NCBI GenBank assembly: GCA_051294905.1
Contig: CM119372.1
Span: forward strand, 35,714,001-35,778,000
DNA: 64,000 bases
Source: Botryllus schlosseri
Lineage: Eukaryota
Direction of reading: 5' to 3'
In this document: positions 23,730 to 36,300 of the stretch, piece by piece
Numbering within the stretch: the first letter of the stretch is position 1
Layout: each line of letters begins with the position of its first letter
Translations under genes and position numbers: made by a program
The notes under the pieces: generated by a model
Seen by the model: only the letters and a program-made list of their open reading frames with translations
Told to the model about the DNA's origin: nothing
Database searches by the model: none

Positions 23730-24654
23730 CCTAAACGTTTTGTAAAATCTGTCCGTCTTACCCAGGATCTAAAATCAAGGTACGGAGCTGTATCCATTGT
23801 GGATATCGTCCTTAACATTTGGGAAAATATGTCCGTCTTATCCAAGATCTAGAATCAAGGTACGGATCTATATCCATTGTGGATATGGTCCTTAATATTT
23901 TGGAAAGTCTGTCCGTCTTATCCAAGATCTAAAATCAAGGTACGGATCTATATCCATTGAGGATATGGTCCTTAACATTTTGGAAAATCTGTCCGTCTTA
24001 TCCAAGATCTAGAATCAAGGTACGGATCTATATCCATTGTGGATATGGTCCTTAACATTTTGGAAAATGTGTCCGTCTTATCCAAGATCTAGAATCAAGG
24101 TACGGATCTGTAATAATTTCAATAGCAGCCCTAAACTTTTGGAAAATCTGTCCGTCTTATCCAGGATCTAGCATCAAGGTACGGATATATCAGATTTAGT
24201 AAGCCTTAACGTTTTGGAATATTTGTCGGTCTTCTCCAGGGTCTAGCACCGAGGTACCGATGACTATTGATTACAATAGTAGCCTTAAACTTTTGGAATA
24301 TATTTCGGTCTTCTCCAGGGTCTACCACCGAGGTACCGATCTAGCAATTTTAGTAACCCTAAACGTTTTGGAACATATGTCGGTCTTCTCCTGGTCTACC
24401 ACCGAGGTACCGATGACTATTGATTACAATAGTAGCCCTAAACTTTTGGAATATATTTCGGTCTTCTCCAGGGTCTACCACCGAGGTACCGATGTATATC
24501 CATCGTTAATTCTAGTTGCCCTAATCGTTTTGGAACATATGTCGGTCTTCTCCAGGGTCTAGCACCGAGGTACCGATATATATTAATTATAGTGGCCCTA
24601 ATCGTTTTGGAAAATCTGTCCGTCTTATCCAGGATCTAACATCAAGGTACGGAT
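23730..24654. repeat. Twelve ~75-83-bp units: ~56-bp conserved core plus variable, often hairpin-forming spacer (putative structured RNA array)
   Basis: Two core variants with paired substitutions: TCCGT..ACGGA versus TCGGT..ACCGA, and GAT-N5-ATC versus GGT-N5-ACC. Confidence 0.92.
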
Positions 24655-24919
24655 GTTCATTTCTGATTTCGAAATGCGTCGCGAGGTGTCGGTTCAGATC
24701 GCTACCTCTCGTAAAGGTCCGAGCGCAAATCAAACATCGATGTGTCTTCAAATTGTAGTGTGTCATTAAATGACCGGATAGAGTTGATTTGCAGTTGAAC
24801 TGTTTAGCGCAAACCCAGCATTGATTTGCTTCGACCTTGTAGTGACTTGCCAGATGTCCGTCGAGTCGATATCTCCGCGAGAACTGTTCGTCGCATAACT
24901 GGCACCGATAACTGTCCAT
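24587..24919 (-). CDS. Intronless three-finger C2H2 zinc-finger protein
   Basis: Three CX2CX3FX5LX2HX3H fingers; ATG start; minus-strand TATAAA at about 25051-25056; C-terminus runs into the repeat array. Confidence 0.85.
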   Translation of the reverse strand: MDSYRCQLCDEQFSRRYRLDGHLASHYKVEANQCWVCAKQFNCKSTLSGHLMTHYNLKTHRCLICARTFTRGSDLNRHLATHFEIRNEHPYLDVRSWIRRTDFPKRLGPL

Positions 24920-25702
24920 CTCTGCGCTTAATATTTTGAGGTAGAGACACTAGTAGATTTCTGATTTTCGACAGTTCCTCTGTTGCTACGGCACTCCGTG
25001 TGCCCCCAGTTCAGACTGGGCAGACTCATTTATTGGCCGTTCATCATCAGTTTATATCTTATTTTTTCCGGAAGAGAGTGACACTTGACGGCTAATTGTG
25101 TGTGACTCCTTTGCACAATGACACATGCTTGTATATTCATGATGTGGTTCTATCTCATTTCAAGTATCAATGGCATTCATCAGCAACCCCTAGAAGTTTT
25201 CAGAAAGCCACAATATTACCCTCGATACTTCCATTCACTATTCACCATTCTGCACCTCAATAGCCAGATATTTAATTGCAAACATTGTCTCCTTCTGACT
25301 ATAGACTAATCCACAAATGGATTCCTATTCATCTTTTATTCAGGGCACTTGCATGAATGACACTTCGACTAGTTGCGCCCTTTGTGAGCTTTATCACCCC
25401 CCCTGTCAATCAACCAGCACTAAAGAATGCTTGATATAGGTGTCAGAGAAGCGTCGACAATAATAACCAGTTTGTATCAATATTCGAATGCCCCAGCCGA
25501 AAAGAAATCAACTTTGTCAATGCCTAACAACTGAGGCCTTGATTTCTATTTTTACATGGGGCGGTTGGAGGCGAACGGCCAGGAATTGTCAAAACCTCCT
25601 TCTTCTGAAACGCTAAAACCCGACCTTCCAAAATACACAAACTGGACACTAACGCTCAGCTACAAATCAACGAGCCCCAGTAACAATCTGTAGCATGTAG
25701 CT

Positions 25703-26082
25703 TAGGGTCGTCAAGTTCAATCGAAGTCGCGGGCCAGACTCGGACATTTAGATCACTCACTGGCCAGACCAGTCAAATGATTACACAATATTACCAACTC
25801 CACAATATGTTCACTCTTGCACACCCTCCGAATCGGTCGTCAGTGTTTGCGATCCGCCCCCGACGATGACTAGAAATCACAACTCCGCCGTCAGGCGGGC
25901 CCAATGCGGTCCAAATAAGCATACTCGATATTCGCTACCCCGAAGGAAATTTCATCAGAAGCATTTTTCACCACAAACCCGATAAAGGTGCCAGTCAAAA
26001 CACGTACCTTCTTCAACCCGAAACCATAATAGCCTGACGGGTCGGGTGAAACAGTTGGCCAGTTGCATGCTCGATACCCCTA
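25703..26082. mobile_element. Degenerate hAT MITE
   Basis: TAGGG...CCCTA termini; TSD ATGTAGCT/AGGTAGCT (one mismatch); GCGGGCC subterminal motifs. Confidence 0.6.
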
Positions 26083-29000
26083 AGGTAGCTATAGGGCTAC
26101 AGTTACTGACGCATTCATTAGCAGTTATACGTGTGCGTGAGCGATATAATACATTTTAGCATCTATATTCACGTTCTATAATCGCCTTTTTAATTTAAGT
26201 TGTATTGCCAATCAATTTGCCTCCAGGACGGCTTAGCTATAAGAAATGACTCCGACCGATCAGGCGATCGCTCTTACTCTGAGAATTCAACCTGACGTGG
26301 TCCTTGTCCCGGCTCGGGGTCTGATCATACCCTGCTTTTGAGTAAATATCATATAAATGTAATTAAGACCATGTTCGCGTGGATTTTCATAACTGTGTTA
26401 TCATTAATTACTCAATAATTTTTGGAGAACGTAGTGAATATTGCTTTTCAATACAGGAATCAGAATCATAATGGCTTAATATCCCGCGTAGGTTATATTT
26501 GTCGCGAGTATAACTGATTATAATGTAAAGAAGTGACGCTGAATGCCTTTTCATCAACGCGCACCAGAATAGAAGTATCGTTTCCAAGAAAATGCCGCGT
26601 TGGCAATATAACTAGAGTGTTACTCTCAAGTAAGCAGTTCGTGCTATGAGAACTTCACATTTCCGTTACTACTTTTTGTCATGTGCACAGCGCTAAGGTA
26701 TACATTTGCAAGCAAGGTGAGATTTAGTACCATGCGTTTCTGTACCGGCTTAAACCAAATTTAGCCATACCTTTTCGACGGAGCCATACACTTCAGCTTG
26801 CGGTCTATAGCAACGTATTTATTTTATAAAATGTATTAGATTCCAGATTGGCTAAAGTTAGTGAGCTGTACTAGAGCCTGCGCGGATTGTGTGCACAGAT
26901 TGAATCACACCAAAATAATATTATGACTTAATAGGGCAGAGTATTTCTAAGATTCGCTATGCTACGGCAGTTTGAAGCTAATTTTTATCATCCCAGATCG
27001 TTATGCCGACTTTGCCTACAATTATCGCTCAAGGAAATTTCACCCTACTACTGCAACCATCGCCGGATGCACTCCAGCTACGACGCAGGCCAGTAAAGTT
27101 GCGCTACTCTTTTCGAATTTACACTAAACTTGGTTATAACTACTCTATGCAGATGAATTTTCGATCAGAAAATTTCCTCTTCTGTCGCAATTATCGGGGA
27201 ATGCACCTCAGCTACGATGCAGGCCAGTCATGTTGCGCTACACGTTTGTATAATGACTCTACGCAGACATACACTCCAGATTTGAAAGGTTTGCGGCATG
27301 TCTGCAATTTTGTCATCAACGCAACCCTGCCGGCCGATTTTACGGCCTAATGAGATTGATCACTTCTAAGTACTCCGTACAATATACTGAAGCTGATTCC
27401 GGCAAATTAACGGTCCTTATTTAGATGTACAAATTCGATCTCATCATTAGGAACGTGGATTCGAAACACTATCACGATTTGACGATCAAATCCACTTTCT
27501 CGTTATACAAGTTAAGGTGCATTAATCGCATTGATGAGGGCCGCAAGTTGAGCCTGAATTAATCTCTGAATCACTTCTGTGTTTTATATTCTCGAAGCGC
27601 GAAGTTAGATAGTGTTTAATTGTGTGCGCCTACTAGTTGGAACATGTTGCAATGCCCGTGACATAAATCCAACTATGCTTCGCGAACATAAGTCGAGAAC
27701 TGCAGCAATGCACTCGAAACCGGGTCTTAAGATAACAACCAATAGTCGCGATGTGAGTTACTCTATATTAACAAAAACACATTGTGCCGGCGATAAGGGG
27801 CCTGACCGGTGGGACAGGCCCTTATACCATCATAATTTTCATATGTCCCTTGTTTTCTAGAATTGTCGCGCCGCAACAAGTTCCAGCACGCTGCATTTTC
27901 CCCCGTAAGTCCATTGTATTTTCAATTTTTGTGTTGCCAGCCTGCATTACGCTGTGACAAAATGTAAATCAATGTGCGAGCATGGCCATTCTTCGTCACC
28001 ATGCGGTGCAAGTAACGCGATGGCGGATTGGTAATGGTTTTGTTGCAGGCCCAGACTTGACGGATGCTTATTGGGTAGATATAGAATAAATTGTGGTCCC
28101 AACCTTATTATTGCCTCGGCGAATTTTGTATAATAGGCCTATGTTACGGGTACGTAAGGCATTGCGTATAATGCTATTATATTTATTGACTCCATTCAGA
28201 AATAGACCATTTTTTTTATGTGTATGTGGGATTTCCAACCATACATTCATAACATGCCCAGGATGGGACTCGCACGTCAATAGCGGCTTATCGTAAAAAC
28301 CGAAGGCCCTGTAAATAATCCATTTAAACCAGGGTGTGGCATGTTGTGATGTCAATTTTTAACTATATTAGGGAACGTTACATGCGGGACTTGTACCTTC
28401 ACGTATTCGACACTGCCACATATCTTTCAAAGGATAGAAAGCTCAAAATCCACTACAAAACCGTTTCAAAATCGTTAGGCGACCCATCAAACTCAATACG
28501 GCAACACTTTCACAAGCGAGCGTGCGTTATAAGATATGCTGCCACGCCACACCACCTTTCCACAAAGAGGGAATGTGTCCCGTTGACGATCCGCGACTAA
28601 TATCGAGATTCCAACACATGCGCGATCTGTTGGAGAATCACTCGAATCAGTACTGATCGGCTGATAAAAATCAAAAAAGGACCGAGTTCAACCAGTTCAA
28701 ACGTCAAAACTTTCAGAAGGACCTGTGACTCGGAACCTCATCTGTTGGTAGATTGACGAACACAAAATAAGCCTCAAATTGTTCTGAGGCTCAGTAATTC
28801 TCCAACATACGTCCCACTTAGACTTGAATATCATATCAATCCTTGATAAATCCTACATATTTTACATCACATTTTCACAATTTGTGTGGAATATGCGCAG
28901 TCCGAATCTAAAATGGGGCCGACTCAACACTGATTATTCCAGATTTGGTTTTTCGAAAACAACGTACATATATATTTTTATATTTTTAATCTGCCAAGAG

Positions 29001-29344
29001 CCATATTTTTCGGTCGTTCATACGAAAGATCCAGAAGTGGGTGGTGTTATAAGTCTGTAGCTACGGAGAATTAACGAATAACATCGGCCCTGTGTAAATG
29101 AACACAGCGGTCGACAATCGCCATGAATACTGCAAAAGCAAAATCAACTATTCTATGCTCTTTCCGCGGCCTTTCTACAATTCACCTATTCAAATCCCAG
29201 TATAGCACATTGGTTTCCGGTTCTTTTTGTGGAAAACGGACACCTCGCAACCCTATAACTTACATCCTATTCAATTGTCAATTCGTACGCTCGATCATGA
29301 ATAATACTTATGAACAGGCCGTGTTGACCTGTCATATACTAGGA

Positions 29345-30227
29345 CAGTGGTTCCCAACCTTCTTCATATCGTTACCCCCAAGAAGAAAATGACGGATTGC
29401 AATCACCCCTTTTCAATAAATCACAAATTACAGCTTGCACTTAATTAAATCGAAGAACAGCACAGAGATGACGTCATAATGTACACTGAAAGTTACACTG
29501 TTAAAAATATCAAGTCCATGCGAAAGCTGATGCTGTTTTCGTGTTATCCAGTGGTCAAATAGAAACAAAGGGTATGATAATAATTGACAGCATCCCTCAT
29601 GTAATTGTCAATCGCAAAATCATTCAGTTTGATAGAAAACCCTCCTTCATAGCAATAAGTTGAAGGAAATTCAATCACAAGGTTCAATGCCATACGAAGA
29701 TTGGTTATTCATTTTTGAAGGAGAACCCAGAAGGTTCGAAAATCTTCCCCTCGTTTCTTTAAAGGCATGTTGATGATTTCAAACTTAATTTTACAGACTA
29801 GACTAGACCAGCACTACACTTTTCTATACTAACAACTATATTTCTACGATATTGTTAACGCATTATAGGTGTAAAGCTAAACTTAGACGCCCCTTGTTGT
29901 CTTTCAATTTGTCAGCCTGCGCAACAATATATGATCCGCCCTACCGCGAAATAAATTAGCATTACCTAGCACTATACTGAACTACATTCGGCCCTGTTAT
30001 TCGTAATCACTAATGGTTACTATGATCTCACAGCAGGCATGGTGAACTAAGTGAAACGAAATATATAGGTCCACAAGCTCGCAAAGACATATGTTAGCCT
30101 ACATTCATTTTTACGTTTGGAAATACTTTGAACAGTGCAGCGTTATAAGTATAAAAATTTGAATTACCCCCCAGAAATTGGCAAATTACCCCTTTGGGGG
30201 TAATTACCCGCTGGTTAAGAACCACTG
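29345..30227. mobile_element. hAT MITE
   Basis: CAGTGGTTCCCAACC/GGTTAAGAACCACTG; TSD TACTAGGA/TGCCAGGA (two mismatches); TTACCCCC subterminal motifs. Confidence 0.75.
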
Positions 30228-32974
30228 TGCCAGGAGCTCAAATATAGCTTATCATTTATTTTTTATTGCCATTTTTCATATCTATTCCTTAACCCCTCTG
30301 GCATCACCAAGGACTCCTATATTCACGGCGTAGAATGCTATATAGTGCATTTATTAGCCTATATCAAACGAAAGTCGCTAAACATGCAGTGTCTGCTTTG
30401 TGTATGATACGCTCCCATGTTTAATACGCACCCTTAAAATAGCATGCAAATTTTAGAAAGGCCTGCACCCATGTATATTACTTGTTCTGCGTCTCAATGG
30501 GCGAGTAGTTGCGATTTTAGGGTGCGCTATCATTGCGTATTTGCGATGCAGTTATTAAACGATCATTACTCAATCAGTGGAATATTCTTTGAACGATAGC
30601 AGATAGCAGCCAAAGCTCGCAAGGCCGGCAGAGCGATAGTTTCGGCTATCGACACTATATCTTGTACACGAGGTCCATGACAAGTGTGATAGGTCAGGCC
30701 AACGATTATGTCGTGCGTACCAGGCCTGCCGATGATGCGACCGATCGCGAAAGCATTTGTATCCCGCGTACATGGCATACTATATGTGCGATTGGGGGGG
30801 CCTGTCGTTGACGTGATGAATTGGCGATTACTGCCGCGTGCGCGCTGCGATCAGTCATAAAGAATCCGATAATTTAACTGCCTCAGTGTTTTGAGTTGGA
30901 CATCTTCTTAGTATACTTTACATAATAGCATCTTAGCTCATACAACGAAATGGTTTTTAGCTCAGAATTACCCTTTGCTGACCGCTATCAATTTTTTTAG
31001 CATACTCTCCACGCAAGGTCCGCTGCAACAATTCTATTCGCCTTGGGCACCTCAGAGCAAGATCGGGAAAGATCGGGAGCCACCTCAAGACGTACACCAA
31101 TCGTCCATTGATCCATACCACAGGTTTGTCTTACACAATTAGTGTTTAGTATTTGATATTTTCCTGGCAATGGCGCACAACATTAGATTGAAGACATAAT
31201 ATTTCAAAAGACACCCCCCATTAAAAAAAAACGCTGTTTAAAATACGTTTTGAACAAGGTGTTTCAAAATAACGCCTGATCCAAATGCAATCCCAACGGC
31301 AACGCCGATCAGTTACCACGGCAACAGGCGGGATAGCCAGTAGTGTAAAAATTGATCTGATTTTAATTGGCAATTTGACACTACCCATGACGCGGAAACA
31401 CGCATATGTGCGTGTTTACGCCCATATTTCCTTGCATTCACCATTCATTGCATTCATCTTCAGGGACCCTCAATGGTGTTCAATTTCTATAAAGTCTTGC
31501 GGTTCTATAGCGTTGAAATTCTATAGCTTTACAATTCTCACGGGTCGCTGTTTTTTTCCATTTGTACTATCGTCGTCATGTGTGGCATATGTAACTAATT
31601 TCGCCTAGTGCATGGTATTCGTCTAATAGATATCAGGTCCCAAACCCTAAATACAAAATACTTAAAACGCTTGACGCCTGTTAGTTAGCGAGTCCGCAAC
31701 ATCGCGCAAATGCCAACCAACCATCATTCTACCCCCCTCAACTAAACTGCATTGCGCGCATATCCACCAAATGTATATATATATATTTTTTTTCTTTTTG
31801 GCCCATAATAGTCTCGTAAACTATAGGTCGCGAAATAGGTTAGTATGTTTGTGTATATCCGCGAATTGACGTCATTCCTGCGCAAGGTGCACATCTACCC
31901 TGTGCGATCAAGTCATAATTAACAATTATCGGGAAATGGAGCAATACAGCTCCGACGTTGTTATCATAAGCAAACAATTGTCGCGATGTTAGATCCGGAA
32001 CCTCATTGTGATGTACGCCGGTAGGGGAATTCGATTAGAGATAGGGCTTCGGAGCTGGAGTCAGTTCTTTAGGGGTAGCGACGGCTTCGACGTATTTCAT
32101 AAGATGCCATTGTATATGTAATGACCATATCTGCTGAGTTAACATAATTCAACAGCAGGCCTTTTCCCCCCTTTGGCGCTATCGTTCCCGACTAACCATG
32201 TTCTTGGGGATTCAACAGCAAGGCAGTCGTATGTTCCATATTCAACTTTCATACATTAGTGCTGAACCTCGGTATGCGAATTTCGCCTGTGAATATTGTG
32301 GATATTCTGTATACCCGCAATTTCATCATCAGCACAACCTTATTGGCCAATTGTAACGTTAACGAGTACAGTGCCAGTGTTAAAACGCCGCATCAGAATT
32401 TTAATGCTGTATACTGTACAGCATTGGCACGAAGCAAAGTGGGTTCCAGTGCAACTATGACGTTAGCGACAACTGACAAGTACTCATTATATCGCCACAA
32501 GCCGGCACAGCGGCACCCATGTACCGTTGCCGCATCCGATTTTACTGACGGCCAACAGACTCCAGATTACTATAGATAACCAACTTACGGGTAAATTAAT
32601 CAAACTACTCAGAATTGCTTCACATGCCGCATGCGGTCTGCTGGCCTTATGCTCGACATCGCTATCCTAGGCCATCATTGTTCGAGAAATTGACAAGAAT
32701 AAGAAAAGTCGCGGTATGTCATGCTATAGCGTCTCAAAGTTTCCAAATTGCAACTGTGTTGATGACAGCATAATCTTTGCTCAGATTATAGAAGAACCTA
32801 CAAAAGAGCATGGCCCAAAGTACAGTCCTTCAACTGCTGCTGAAGTTTTGATGAAGCCCTCTTCATTCAGGCAGTTGCTGACTGATGATATCCACAAGAA
32901 AGACTGGATTCCCGTCATTATCCACACTTACTTTTTTTTTTTTTACGTGTTCCCGCACCAAATAAACCTGATTC

Positions 32975-33381
32975 AAATTTACTGGTCTCAGGAGCTTAAA
33001 ACTGCTGCAAGGGACCAGACGAGTATATTGATATTACAGTAGATTCCTGTTACCTTTAGTTACGGAAATTTTCCGTAAAACTTCCTACGGTCAGCATATG
33101 TAAAATCATATTACGGGGAGAGTTATTTCGAATTTACTGGTCTCATCAGCGTAAAACTGCTGCACTGGACCAGACCACTAACTTGGTATTACAGCCGTTT
33201 TCCGTTACATCAGGTAACGGGAATTTTTCCGTAAAAACTTTAACAGTCAATCTTTGTAAAAAATAAATTACGGTCAATAATATTTTATGGGAAAATATTT
33301 TTCAAATTCACCGGTCTCAGAGTCGTAAAACTGCTGCCAAGACCAGACCAGTAATTTGGCATAGAATATTCTCAACAGTGT
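32975..33381. repeat. Three degenerate ~155-175-bp tandem units, probably MITE-derived
   Basis: AATTTACTGGTCTCA...TAAAACTGCTGC...GACCAGAC recurs at about 32976, 33131 and 33305. Confidence 0.65.
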
Positions 33382-36300
33382 ATTTCATCGTTGACGATCT
33401 TTCTGTGAGCACAAACGCGAAAATAAACCCTCTCTCGCAATTGCTCATCGGCTAAATCCGGCACTTTTTCATTTTCAGATGGGGCAGTCTCCAGAGAAAA
33501 AAATCGTGTGACAATTAAACACGTGAAGCACGAAGAACGATTTCACCACTTTTTTAGTCTATTGCAATGTACGACGATTTACCAAAAATGTGACTGCTAG
33601 ACCCTCGATCTGCCAATGCGTATGAGTTGACATTTCAGTCATCATCATCCAAGTGTCGCGGCCACGCCGACTATATTTTTGGCTGGCCCTGCGAGCCCAC
33701 AATCTGAGCCATTCAATTTTGATAATAATATATTGAAAGTTAGCTCGCGCGCTACTCAAACCCACTCGCGGGTCACATATGGTGTTTACGTACATTTGTC
33801 ACTCACACCCATGCTAGTAGGTGTGATCAAATATTGCACCGTTCTTTCATGCAACTATGAAGATTTTCTCCCTTTTAAAAAAATTAGTTTTGTGCTTTGA
33901 TTTTCCAAAACTTGACCTTTGGAGTGTGGAATCTGTGTCGGTCAGGAACCCGGATAAAAGAACAGGGATGCGACAAGTGTGCACTGCTAAATGTATCCTT
34001 GTGGAAAATTTAGCCGAATCATAATGCTGCTCACCGTATAAGAAGTGAGCACCCATCTGCTGAAGTAAGCTATAGGTTGTATAGGGTATTGTCTTTCGAG
34101 GGTGAACTATCAATTGGAACGCGTGGTTTTGCCCACTTTATTGTTGTTCGTATCTCTAAATTATACGGTCTGTGCGCCGGCATCAGATATATCATTGACG
34201 AGAATCTCAAATTCGTTGATTTTTTTGACCGCCGCAAGATCCAGATCGGTTGCAATACAGCACCTGGAACGGGTATCGCAAAGCAACTCACGTTAGTGAT
34301 TTAGTTAGCTAGCTATTGCTCCGCAACCTTCGAATGACGCGTAATGAAATAGGTATGGTCCAAATGAATGGTACTGAATCATCTTCGACGTGACGTCGAA
34401 TTGGCATTACATTTTATAGTAATGGTTTTTGATGTAATTTTCCCTATTCTCTGATTTAAATTAAAATTAGTGTTATAGCTTCAAGGTTTTCTGTTCCAAG
34501 TCAACCTAGAAATTAGGGTTGCAGCTGCAGTTATATATATATATATTTTTTTTAAACTTAGATTGTATTTGTAATAACTATATTTCCAATATTACAACTC
34601 CGAAACTTAATCTTGTTCAGTTCATGTCAAATCATGTTCAGTCTACCAGTCAATCAGGTCCATCAGTTTATTCCTATAAGCACGAGATTGACGAATGTCT
34701 CAACAGTAAGTCTCGCTTGTTTTTCACTACGCAGTGTCCCCGCATTATCTCCAGAAACGCCGGGAACCAAATCAGAATCAATATCAGGGAACAAAATCAG
34801 AATTAATATCAGAGCTTGAATTCATTTCGCAAATTAGATCAGAATTAGATTACCGTATGAGCACTCCGCTCCAATAAGACTAAAATTTACTAGCTATCCA
34901 AGTCTACCCAATCAGAGTGATGTCACCGTTTTTGTGTCGCCACCGACATCGATCGTACGTAGGCTAAACGTTTTCATTCTTTATTTTTTGTTAGCCCTAT
35001 ATGTTTTTCATTATTACAGTTTGCGTGACCTAATTCCGTATGTTGAAGTCCCCGTGTCAGAACGAAGTCAGAAATCGTTACGTGTTTGCAGCCTGTGATC
35101 TGTAAACTAAAAAAAATCTCTGCCGCGCGATTATCTGTGACACGAGATCCGATATCAAACGTTTGCGAATGTAATTCAGGACAATCCCGAGAAGAACGAA
35201 GGTAAAGAGGCTCCCGACAATCCAAGGGACAGGGAAGACAAGCTGGACGAAGCGGCCCACAAGCGAAGATCAAAACTACAGGCCACTCAGGATTTTCTGC
35301 ATTTCAACTGGGAGGTAACGTGTTATAAATTTTACTATGACTCCCGATCCCTGGCTCAAGGTGCGATTTTCAAAAGATCAGAGGTGTGACCGCAAATTCG
35401 AATTCTTCATTATGCAGTACAACATTTCCCGAACCCTTTCGACTTGTAGTTTTTCGTTGACTCCAAAAATCACCTCCCAAACAGTAGCGGTCAAAATTGA
35501 CCGAGCGCTTCTCCCCACAGCACTTAAGTAGGTTTATCTACTAATTTCACATACCCGAGCGGTCCCTTTATTTATACTACCTATGCGTAGTAATAATTTT
35601 TAAGACTCACCTCGAGCAGCAAAACACTATTTTTTGTGAGTACCGTAAACCGGGGCAACTTTGGACATTAAATAGTAAAAGGTTACGGTCGCTAAATTAT
35701 AGTTTTACGGCGGAATGTGGCCGTACGACCGCGAGTACCCTTGGCACCCTTGGTCTGACCGAATTCAGGATGAACACTTGAGCAATGCTGCAACGTATTG
35801 GGAATGCTAAACACGAATCTGAGCTGTAGCGGTGATTTCCTCAAGAATCATTAGACAGATATCGCAAGCTGAGCACATGCTAGCTCCACCCTGTGTCAAA
35901 GAGAACTTCGAAGTCCATGACCATAGGTTAAATGATGAGAAACATTTGCTTACGGCCTCACACTTTAAGATATTACACATCCAGTCAACCTGCCCTGAAG
36001 CATAAACCGGCGTATTTATTGTGATAACTATATAGTCACCGACTTCTCGGTTCATTTGCGGATCCGGTACATCCCACTACACCCCATCCGAGTGGTACAC
36101 CCCCTTTTAAATATATTATGGTACACCCTGAGGTGTGCGAAAACCCCGGTTGGAGATCACTGCCTTAGACGATTCGAGGTGCCATGGCACGCTACGCTGC
36201 ATAGCATAGTGTAATTTTAGATCTAATAAAAAGGTATCTGAGCATAGCAACAACAACTTACACACTTTACAGCGCGAGGGGATAAACACTTTGATGTATT

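Noticed and set aside
23730..24110. Repeated minus-strand mini-ORFs (MDIDPYLDSRSWIRRTDFPKC*) and plus-strand ORF 24260-24562
   Set aside because: Start and stop are not kept in the other units and unit length is not a multiple of 3; substitutions fit base pairing better than coding
23730..24654. CRISPR array (repeat-spacer appearance)
   Set aside because: Eukaryotic context, no cas genes, ~56-bp degenerate repeats, and several spacers are duplicates of each other
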